Assembly (NCBI GenBank): GCA_000934665.2
Contig: KZ538511.1
Span: forward strand, 45,085 to 65,084
Direction of reading: 5' to 3'
Origin: Catajapyx aquilonaris
Taxonomy: Eukaryota
Length of the DNA: 20,000 bases
Shown: positions 1 to 10,938 of the stretch, piece after piece
Numbering within the stretch: position 1 is the stretch's first letter
Layout: the number at the start of each line of letters is the position of its first letter
Position numbers and translations under genes: made by a program
Notes under the pieces: model-generated
Database searches by the model: none
Seen by the model: the letters and a program-made list of their open reading frames with translations, nothing else
Told to the model about the DNA's origin: nothing

Positions 1-1699
1 ATAATTTCTTCCAGTTATCAAAGCAGAACGTGCTTACATATATCATTTCATGACGTAAGCATCAGTTCCGCAAGGCAAAGACTTACAGAATTGGAATCTG
101 ATGTTCATCAAACTCTAAAACCTCATCACCTCTGGAAACTGTACCCAAAATTATTTTTTTTCCTGTAAAAAGAAGGGGGCAACCCAACTTTCTCCATACC
201 GGTTACATCATTCCGGATATAGACAGATCGCTGCGTTTGATCGATGTGCTCGGTGATGGACCTTCTGATTCGATTACTTAGGCAGTCAAGTCAAACAGGA
301 AGTGGGTCAGTTTGATAGTGGACCTTTTTATGGGTAAAGTCACGAGGAAATGGAATCCCGGGAAGCAATAAACTATCGAAAACTGTATTCATAGCATGAA
401 AATTGAGTTAACTTTTACATGATTAAACAGTACATCATGTACCTATGCTAATCATCTGATGTTCCAGTTGTACAGCACAGTACTAGGCAACTTCTACCCA
501 GCTATGAAACATTTCCAATAATAAAACTCATGTCGTTCGTTGGCCAGTCTGAGACGACGACAGTAAGAACAAATATGGCGGAGTGATGACAAAGTGATGC
601 GTGACTTTTGCTGTCCCAAAGAGGTGTCTAGAACAAACGGAGAGAAGAGTGTGCTGGTTATATAGGACCTAAAACCCACCTGATGCTTCTTCCTCGCCTA
701 CACGCGATCTATCTCTGTCAATATTGATCATCAGGGTTAGTTAGTGGACGAGGACTATCTGCTTCTCCATTAGCTGCGGATGGACGCCTCTTTGGGACTA
801 AAACCACAAACCTTTTAAAGACTTTAGGTTCGATACGGGACAGCAATTATTGGGTTTTTATTATTCAGGTGGCAATATTTGTTGAACACAGGTAGGTATG
901 TGGAATATTCATGGGATGCAATTTTGCGGATGATTAACAATGACGGATTGTTATTCGGGAACCGGATTTGTTGAATGTAAAGGCTATTATGATACATTTA
1001 ACAGCTGATGGGATACGGTTTTGTTTTTACGATGCGAATTTCATCATGTTTGATTAATTACCCCATCACATGTTTTCGACACTACATCTTGTTGTGTTGC
1101 ATATTGATTTTTTTATTAGCAAGGGTCTAATGCAGATTTGCTTCTTAGAATTTTGTAAATAGGCAACGTCTATAAAACATCGGATGAAGTACCGTACAAA
1201 AATGAGAACACTCCAGGTTCATCATGCAAAAAATATGAACAGTATAGGCCAAAGAAGTTTATTAAAACATTTTGTGAGTCTCTCTCTGAATAAGCAAATT
1301 ATTGTTGTCAGAAGCGACTTTTCCATTTTGGCCTATGTCTCTTAGTGTGCTTCCGACTGTTCACAGAAAGCCCTGAGAGCTTGTCAGCTTGACATTCACA
1401 TTCTGATGCAAATTAGAAACATCGTCGTTGTACTTCCAGTTCCTCCAGATGCTTATGAAGGAAAAATCTCTACAAACTTTTGAGTAACAAGTCTTAGAGG
1501 CTGGAAAATGAGATATTTACTACCCGGCTACAAAGTAGTAGCCTCATCTGAGGATGTGTATTTAACAAGACTGCAATTTCTGGCAATTTCACTGCACGTT
1601 GTTAGAGTCTGCTTTCATGATTTTAAAGTACCCTCCCGTACACATTTTAAAATAATAAGATGTAAGTTACATTGATGCTGCTTAATACACCTATAATAA

Positions 1700-1822
1700 G
1701 TGGGTAGTAGTTAGCTCCAGGGACAGAAAAATTTCTAATATTGTAACAGTTTTGATGAGTTCTCTCCATGTTGGCGTAAGTTTTCTCGGGATGCTCCTGT
1801 TTCCTCCCACATTCAAAATGTA
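1700..1822 (+). mobile_element. Decayed tRNA-derived SINE with V-SINE-type central domain
   Basis: 1760-1822 (ttctctccatgttggcgtaagttttctcgggatgctcctgtttcctcccacattcaaaatgt) aligns colinearly with the V-domain core as I recall it from HE1/DANA-type SINEs (TTCTCCCCGTGTCTGCGTGGGTTTCCTCCGGGTGCTCCGGTTTCCTCCCACAGTCCAAAGATGT). Upstream, gtgggtagtagttagc (1700-1715) resembles the A-box head (GTGGCRCAGTGGTTAGC) and is followed by tccagggac. No B box, tail or TSD is recognisable. Confidence 0.6.
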
Positions 1823-4552
1823 TCCCCAGTGCAGTGATTAATTAAGTCCCTAGAAATATAATCTTGGTACAAAGCAGATTATGGGTCTGCGATAGGCAAA
1901 ATTTTAGCGAAATAGGATTTGCGCTTCGCATTACCGTCTTTAAGAGCCTTACCTGTAGAGAATAATGTCCTAAATTTATTTCTCCATATCTTCTTCACTA
2001 TCATAGTATCATCCATTATGCAATGGCTATTTCAAGGGGTATTACGGTTATTAAAGAGTTCCATATGGACGGCACTGAGACTAACCGGAGCTAATCCTTT
2101 AACGGAGATATCAAGATTACAAGGGCCTTAACCTTGTCACATTATGGATAGTATCTATAGAGACATGACCGAATAGCTCATTTCCTATTAATAAAAGAAT
2201 GTGATTATGCAACATTCGCTGTGACATCGTACAATAACTATGATAGGTTTCCTTACTTAGCAATCGGTATAACCAAACAACAACCACGGTAATCCCAACA
2301 TCAATTAAGAAAACCGCAGGTGCAATGCTCTCCTCCACATTTAAGTACCACATTTGCATAATTGATATCCGACACTCTAATCTGACATAATCCTTGCCAC
2401 AAAAATATGGTAGTGTAAGTCATAGTTCTAACCGCCTGCACATGATTGGTATGGATCTGGGCTTAGCATAAGGTCACCATTATCCTCCTTTCTTCGGAAC
2501 ATGAAAGTGTAGGAGTCGTAAAACGGAAGCCGCAGCGGATCGTGACGTCCCAAGTCCATCGTTCCGTATGTGTCCCCTAAGAAGTCCCAGGAGTAGTTGG
2601 GGTTTAGGCTCGTAAAATCCTCTTTCCTCTTCTTCCATGCCCTTGTTCTCTCCCATACTTTGCCCATGTCCTAACGGCCACCTCTTAATCAGACTTCATC
2701 TCCCGAGGCAATTAAAGCCAGACGCCTTTATCATCTTAAGCCACGCTCCATTGGGAGCCCTGCACGCCACTGACTACAACCCACGGGTGCTAGTGCAAGC
2801 CTATAAGATATTTATCAGTAGCAGTGTACAACGTGTCAACCGTTTTGACTTTAAGGCAAAAAAAATTTAAGTGCGGAAGGGAGGATTCATCGTAAGACAA
2901 TGTGGCAGTGTAATGAATCGCGGGGGTATTACTTTGTAGGCGGTAATTGTCCTGCATTCGGCCTTCGCTTTAACTGCGTTCATAAAATGGGATTTATTCT
3001 TCAGTTAATGCTGCAGCAAAATAATCCCGCACTATTAGACCTATGCTGCGAGCTTGCTTAGGTTTTCTGCGAAATGAGCTGATAACGTGCGTGATGTATG
3101 TGAAAAGTTTAGATATAAGTAGAAGGTAATTTTTAATCCGCCTTCTGCACCACCATAATGAGACAGCCTGGGGATTATTATTCTGAATGACTGACGAATA
3201 TTTAATGTTTATTACATAACAAGACAGTGATACTTGAGTGCTCGTATATTCCATTGTCTGTAAGCTCAAAATGGATTCTATGGCAAAATTTTTGATATGA
3301 AAAGCCTTTTGAGCCACCCTGAGCTGTGTGATAAAAGAATAATAGGAAGCGACGAAGTATCCTAGTACCTACAGTATCCCCCTACAGTATTACAGATTAA
3401 TATCCGTGCAGTTACGAAATATAGATCCGGAGCTCTATCCCGCTGCGATTACGTAAAGATAAGTTTCCGGTACAGTTTTTCAGGCACACTTTCACCACCT
3501 GAAGCTGAAAAAATGTACCGACCCAAGGCGAGTGATAGACCTGGTTTGCACTTATAACGACGACAAGTTTGCCAATTAGTGCCTGCTTCTGCTTCGTCTT
3601 GCGAGTGCAGATGAGGCAACAAGATGGATGACGTGTGAAGGAGAGGGGTCGGAGGCTCCTTGGCAACAACCCCTAAGCCTGAATGAATATCCATGATCCA
3701 ATGATGCTGAGGTAGCGTCTGATAAAGGACGCTCTCAATAGATGGCACTATCTCAGCACATTTTTTCTGAATTGGGTAATATTTTACACTGTAATGTGTT
3801 GAAATATACACTGGAGGCAAGTTGCACAAGGATGATTATTTCCGAGTGAGCGGCTCACTCCACAGGTATTCCCGGAGTAGTCATTGCATCTTGTCCCCTG
3901 TCAACATGCAAATTTAAGCAGGGAACCTAAGGGGGATGCTCAATTTTCTGTTGCCTCTTAAGGGATGATTAAAACGGAGGCAGCAATATCTCTATATCCC
4001 GCGGGCACGTTTAGAAATCAAAATGAAATTTCTTTTTTTGTAATATTCGGATGTCTCATGTAGATGAGGAGGCCAAATGCTCATATCAAAAATAGACCGG
4101 ATATTTAGATTATTTTTACCTGACTTATTCGTAACCTGTGTGCGTACGGTTGACTGGCTCACTTTCATCTGAATGACCTTAATTGGATGGCGGATCATGT
4201 CCTGTTGCACACAACTGTACACAAGCATACATGTAGCTCACTGCTCATGATGGTAACAGGTTGCTGCATGAGACGGGTGAGGGGGAAGGCGGGCGTCCTC
4301 CAATAAATCATGCATGTTTAAACTATGATATTGCATTTTCATACCCATTCGTTCAATTCTAATTAGTTCCTATCGTTACTCAGAGACAGCAACATTGTTG
4401 TGCCTAGTAACAAGTTAGATCATTGGAGGACGGGAATTGATCATCCTGCACTATTGCATTGTGGGGCAATATGAAGAGAGCACAGAGAAGTCCCAAAATG
4501 AAGCTGCAATTTTTTTTTTTAAATTTTCGTATTTGGCTTATTTGCAATAACT

Positions 4553-4582
4553 GTCATGCCCCGTCATGCCCGAAGTCATGCC
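4553..4582. repeat. Three closely spaced copies of GTCATGCC
   Basis: Exact gtcatgcc at 4553-4560, 4563-4570 and 4575-4582. Confidence 0.7.
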
Positions 4583-7500
4583 TATACCTCGTTTGATGAA
4601 ATATAAAAATTCTTGATCAATAATAAAGCCAGAGGGTTTGCCACAATGCCACCTAAATTTGAGGTTTAATGATAGGCCCCAATAATTACAGTATGCTGTA
4701 GTACACACAGTATATGTACCCATACTAACAGTATACTATGTGCTCTGAATAATTTGGTCCATAGATTATCTCACCCTATACGTCCTTCCAGTGACGTACA
4801 TCTAAGATCACACGAGTTCAGCTACCTAGTTATAATTAGCTTGATCTTCCTTACAATATAGGTACAATACTGTGAGTAGGTATTATGTAAACGAACCATG
4901 ACCAATATTTGCGCACAACCTATTTGAATTACGATCTGGACCAAGTCCCTTCAGCAAATAATAATGGTTGTGTCAATAAAGTCACTTTTCACTCCTTTGA
5001 CTTCAGTTAATATGTTCTTCCTGGCTGGGTCGTAGTTCCAGAACAAGTAATGTTAGAAGCTGGTTAGCAAAGTTGGCCAGATTCCCCGAAATCAGAGAGA
5101 TATTGGGCCATAGGTCCTACCAAGTGTCCAGCAGGGTCGACCACTGTAAGGTTTCGCGCCAGAGATAAAAGCTCAGCAGGCCGAATTCTGCGGTTTTTGC
5201 TCGACTTAAACCTCAGAATATTCTACCCCAACAGCCCGACACATTGTGCAGATTCCAAGACGCCTCTGGAATCCTTCTTGCAAAATATCCTGCACACTTA
5301 CCCCTCTCCGGAGGGTACGTCTGGTAGGATCTTGAAAGCGCAGTTGGAATTAGCCCGCATTCAAAATCCTCTGCGGGATTCAGATTTCCCCATGTAATCG
5401 GGGGGTGCCACATTTCCAAATGCGGTTCTTAAGTTCACCCTCTCCCATTTTTGTAACGTCATTCGTGCGTCATCTGCAGGTCCGGGTGTTAATATTCACA
5501 TCCATAGCCTGAAACGTGATTTTTTGGAGGGTTCGTAAGTGATAGCAAGATTAGAGGACACGGAATGTAGGCCTGGTATTCGTCACGTGCCGGGTTAATT
5601 TAATGGCGGTGTAGGTTATTGTCTGTTTACCAAAGCTACATTATGCAGGCTGTGGCTAACGCGGCAGTTTTCATTTGAATATTATCATAGATGCATAATG
5701 CATGCGATTAAAATGACGCCAACGACTTGGGCTGGACAACCTAGTATCACTGTCCCTTTATGCTTGCCCTTGAAGTACTGCGGAAAAGATTACGAATTTA
5801 CGACCAATTGCAATATCTGTCTGTAATTAACTCACTTTATTGTAATGGAATTGCGTTAAAATGTAGCAAACTGGAAGTGCAAAGTAGTTGACGACTTTGC
5901 CCCAAATGTTCAAATTGCATGATCTAGTTTGTCGCCTGTTTGACTGCTCTTGTGCAGTTCCCTAAGGCCAAATGGTCTTTCCCACGGACCAATTGACCAG
6001 AATGCCCTGCGGGTAGGCAGGTACACCGCCAATCAAGTCAACCCCTACGTTCAACTGAAATGCCCCTTGGCTCCTCGATCCGCACCATTTTATGCCTCCA
6101 AGCTAGCTGGACACAACCATGATGGAAAAACCTCAGGGAACCACGTCGCTCCAAATCTGTCATGAATTTTGACACCTGCCTTTCATATTTTCATACCTAT
6201 ATAGTAGTAGTAGTGCTGAGTCTCTCATGAACTATTAGTAAAAATGGACGTGATTTATGACGGAGCGAAATTTAGTTCCGTACAAACCAGCAGATGTCGC
6301 TGTTCGACACTAGAGACATCCGCGGATTTTGAACAAACCTTCTCTTGACGTCACTGTCTTTTTGCTCGGGACTTTTCCTGAGAAAAATGGTCACTAGGCT
6401 GCGGTGTGCGGTGTGGAAAGAAGGTGTTGGCTAGGAGTGATGAAGCGATGCGTCCCCCAAAGGACATCGGCGTGCGGGGAACTAACTGACTAATTAGCCC
6501 TTCGCTTAATTCTGCCGGGGTCTCCAGACAATAAAGGCTTGCAACAGGGACTGTTTCCCTTCTCTCCACCTCTCAACTCCCAATCCGCAAATCCCCTTCA
6601 ACCTGCTCTCCACTTCTCATTAGAAAAGCCTTGCAAAAACCTGCAGCATAGAGTAGTCAACTGTCAAGCAAAGGATATAACATTGTCTTTGTGGAACTCC
6701 ACTGTCGGTATGCGACGATACATATGGTCTTAGGGGTGATACTCCATTGTGGAACAAGCTTACCAGCAGGAATGTCTACTGTGAGAAGCTGCAGAAGCAG
6801 CAATTATGTGCAACAATGAGCATTATATTCTGTACATTATCAGCCTGGTAGAATCTCACATTCCGAATTATACAAGGAATTTACTCATGTGTAAATTTTT
6901 ATCATTGAGTGCACTCTAACCTTTTAGAGCCAGGCTTGAATCCCACCCTTAGAGAGATATAAGCAAGCACTAGGTGTGCCTGAAAAACTTGCACAGATTA
7001 GATTTAGCCCTTCCTTTCCTCATCCTACTCTGTTCATACCAATCTCGGAAATCCCTTCCCAAACCAGATCGCGATTGATTCTTGGTCCTGGCACTAGAAT
7101 CGCAATTGATTGGACCTGAATCCCTTCTTCTGCTGGGTCGAACAGATGCAACCTGACACTTAAGGACTAGCGCTTTTTTTTTTGTACCAAGCTTGGCTCC
7201 TCTTTTTTTTTATTATTTCTTGCCCTGAAAGCAGCTGCTATCGAGTCATAACTTATCTTCGCGTCTCCTTCCTTAAATAACTTAATTTTGACTACCTCCG
7301 AGTGGATGACTAGGTATATTAGTTGGCGACACTTACCGAACGGAAACTTGATCCTACCACGGATTTTCCATCAAGGGAGCAAATTTGGATCCGGTTTGAT
7401 ATCCGGGTATGTGATGTGGCTGACAGCACTGCCCTTTTGGACGGATTTATATGGCACTAGTTTGCTACAGTTATTTCCAGCTGGGGGGAAAAAAAAGCCG

Positions 7501-7677
7501 ACGGAACCTTGATCTCGGCGGCGTCTTTTAGTGCCTATATCATTGCGATCGTAAAAATATTTAATGTCAACTCCCTGACATCATATGCCACGCAACTTAT
7601 AGGAAAACCTCAGAATGTGAAGTAACTTGCTCTACGTGCTCTTATGAGTGAAATACGCAAATATTTTGACACATAAT

Positions 7678-7845
7678 TTTGACCAGGTATTTTCCATGAC
7701 GTATTTGGTGAACCATTGTGTATGGTGTATGCCATTGGTCTTCGAATGTTCCAAGAAATGAATAATTCTTTAGTGTGAACACCTTCAAGATCATCCTAGG
7801 TCCATATTCAGATGGCTTACAGGACCAGAGCCTGTCGTGATTTCT
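7678..7845 (-). pseudogene. Possible degenerate fragment of an LTR-retrotransposon (Gypsy-type) integrase C-terminal GPY/F region
   Basis: The minus-strand frame reads RNHDRLWSCKPSEYGPRMILK...GTFEDQWHTPYTMVHQIRHGKYLVK. This resembles the pattern HD(R/K)...F..GD.VL...GK(L/F).P.W.GPY.(I/V)......G.Y.(L/V). The G of GPY is T here, and no integrase core or LTR was seen. Confidence 0.3.
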
Positions 7846-10800
7846 GATACAGTTGAGCACACCTAAGCCACGAAGAAACCCTAACAGTGTCCACTATCCA
7901 CCAAAAAAATGTGCTGCATAAGCCCTCTTCCACTACGATTCCAAAAGTGATGGACATTATCAGCAAAAATATGCCAGCAACCCTGACAGATTTGAATCCT
8001 GAGCATTGCACATTTTCACACTCTCTATTCAGCCAAAATGATGCATTATGGGGCTTGGCTTTTCACAGTTGTCATCCTGCATAAAAGGGATTCACTGTCA
8101 ACAAGTTACCGCGCCTTTGCAAAACTTTTCCGCCAAATTTCGAAAAGTTAGGACATTATATGCTGGGAGCCCTCTTTGAAGACTCATCTTGCTCGAGAGT
8201 AACAAGCCAAGCCGCCATTATCGGGTTATTATCCAACACTGCAAGTTCCATGCTCGAGTATCGTCCTAATATGCCATTGTGATACATATTATGCGATGTG
8301 GGACAGTACACTATTAGTGACGCTGTTTTAACATTAGGCTGAAAATTCAACAATAGGCGACCACTATTGGTGGGAAAAAATTCGGGCCAGTGACTTTAGG
8401 CTTCATCAAAATGAAAGAAAGGTTAATTACATGGAGGGAAGCGAGAAGGTGGAGTAAAAGTTGGCGCTTAATCATCTGAAAATGAAGAGATAAGCGCCTG
8501 GGTTGGGTAATGAGAGGTAAAGTGGGATGGTCTATTTCCTTCAATTTTCAACCCCCGAGTGGTCTGAGAACAAAATCAAGGAAGAGAGAAAAAAAAGGGA
8601 AGGTGAACCTCCTTCAGTTGGATGATTCCCAAAAAAGAAGAGAAAAGGACCTAGAGAAGACGGCGGAAGTAGCTATGCCGGAACCCCTTATTAATTCAAT
8701 TGACTGTGCCTCGTGTCAAATGGACACCATTTAGGGACTTTGGTATGGCTTCGTTCGTCGACATTTCCAAGAGTCTGTCCCTTTTTTTGAGTTTTCTTCA
8801 TTCTGTGTGCACTAGCTGCAAGTTAGTCTCTAGTACACTATAGGTCATTGGACTTTCGAGAAGAATCATTCCCTGGAGTTTATGGTGAAGCACTCGTAAC
8901 ATGTATGAGCAATTCAAGACTGTAAATGGGCAATACCATTCTTATGTAAAAAATATATATACAATTTATTCGGCGGTCAACGACATTTTGGCAGTGGTTG
9001 TATGCAAAACAAGATTTTTATTCGGACCCAGACCCACCAGACAACATTTCCTTTCTCATGTGTTGGTCATAATGCCTCAACTTGATAAAAGTCGTTCATC
9101 GATGTAAACACCGTAAAGCCCAACAAGAGGCTAAAATTTGTCTTTTACTTGAGCAAATAAAGCCCCTTATTTATTCTAATTTTTTCTAGAAAAAAAATAT
9201 ATTTCGACTTGCAAATATCCGGAGAGAAAACTGTCATGTCAACATGTTTAATTGACCTATTTAATATGCCCAACAAGCTTGGAGTGTAGAGTGAAAAAAG
9301 CTGTAAACTCAATCGGGATACTCGGGCTGCGTATCCTCTAGGAAATTGCGGCAAAGTGCACACCAGTGTTGCCATGTCGCTGTCGATCCGAAAAAATGGG
9401 TGTAAATACAAAGGCTCTTTATTCACGAAGCAATTGTTTTATTGTGAGGCATTTGTCAATTATACACTTCAAGTGTAGTTATTTATAACCAAATGCGATT
9501 GTAAGAAACTGGAGTTTATAATAGAAGTAGGCTAGGGTAGGAGTCAACCGCACATACTGTAGAGCTCTCCTTTCCTGCTGCAATAACAAATCACTTCTGG
9601 GCTCATTATCTTCATTTCATGCAATCAGATCACTCCAATCAACCGCTCGGCACACTCAACTTGGACTTGTGACACCACCATTCAATTACTGAAATGAATT
9701 TCTCATTGCACTTCATTCGAGGGATGTCTTTAAAGTGGAACTACCAATGTAAGTGGAAGTTTACAATAGTATTAAATTTGATTTCCAAATATTATTTTAC
9801 CATGTCTGAAATTATAGTTGAACAGCTTCTAAAATAATCCATGTTTGAGGAGATTGAATGTTTTCGGTTATTCACTTTAGTTATTAAGACGAGGCATACC
9901 AGTAGGGATTTATGACCACTATAAAGTGCCGGTATAACGTACAGTACCATTTTAGGAAAAAGTGAAACAAAAAAAATTAATACAACTGAGAGGCCCATAA
10001 ATCGTAGACCTCAAGAGGCATATAAATTATTAGAGTATGTCTTTCCTATTTTATTTTTTTTGAGGTTCGGCTCGTAACACCAAACTTCAGAAGTGCTAAA
10101 ATGCACTTGCCCGGTTGCCTTTTATTTTTTCCGAGTGAAATAAATGCAAATGCTGAGAACTGTGGTTTAGTCCCATGCGTTTTGTTTTGCAGTCTGAGCA
10201 CGTCTCCAATCTCGGCCTTGCAAGGAGAGAACCCGTCACCCTTTCTGTATATTCCACGCATCCTACATTTGGATACCATTCGGATGCTGCACTCGTACGA
10301 AAATGCAAGATCATCACCTGAAATTATGTAATTTTATGTGCAAACTGTCGCTGCTGGTTTGAACTTTATTCATTATGAATATAACCACATATATTAAGTT
10401 TAGTTTGCTAACAAACACGTGGGTACTAATTTCATCCTGCGCGGCATGACACCCACAAACCTCTTGTGTTTTGTGGTTTGCCGACGGGTAGGATATTTTT
10501 GTTGCAGCCTGTTAAATTAACATGTAATGAATCTGCAAATTTAAAATAAAAAACAAGCTTGGAGTAATTTGTAAAAATTCCGTTTTTTGAACCACATATT
10601 GTTGTTATTATTGTATGTTGTCATCGAGGAAAGTAACCATTCATTAGATATTAGAAGAAAGAGTAATGGGGGCACATTTTATTGAAGTTATTTATAGAAG
10701 TTAGAAGCAATATGTAGATTGCAAAAATAAATACTAAAAAATCCCGTACAATGTACATCCACACAATATGTTATTTATATCTATTTATAGAGCACATACA

Positions 10801-10895
10801 TGCTGCGGATTTCCCCCCAGGTATTTTAAGCCTATTTGTCAGAGAGTCATATTCAATCACTGCACTGGCTTTACTGTGTACAGGATAATCAGGCT

Positions 10896-10938
10896 TTTAC
10901 ACTGGCCTTTCAAACATCCAGTGTAAACGAGTGTAAAC
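10896..10938. repeat. 10-bp perfect inverted repeat with a tandemly duplicated arm
   Basis: tttacactgg (10896-10905) pairs with ccagtgtaaa (10918-10927) across a 12-nt spacer. agtgtaaac occurs at both 10920-10928 and 10930-10938. Confidence 0.6.

Noticed and set aside
765..840. tRNA or Pol III B-box-like ggttcgatac (827-836)
   Set aside because: No cloverleaf can be built and there is no convincing A box. At most it is an unrecognisable SINE head.
1879..2127. Protein-looking minus-strand frame with in-frame stops (…YYDSEEDMENKFRTLFSTGKALKDG…), considered as alternative genetic code or pseudogene
   Set aside because: It contains TAA, TAG and TGA stops together, does not extend upstream, and resembles no family I know. 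There is no window-wide sign of stop reassignment.
2428..2667. 79-aa ATG-initiated minus-strand ORF
   Set aside because: No recognisable domain, and ORFs of this length are expected by chance in 20 kb.
3449..3829. Longest ORF (126 aa, minus strand)
   Set aside because: It has a non-ATG start and no recognisable motif or supporting splice structure.
6905..6947. tRNA-like stem plus ggcttgaatccc
   Set aside because: The stem has a 4-nt loop rather than a 7-nt anticodon loop, the T-loop consensus is broken, and there is no acceptor stem.
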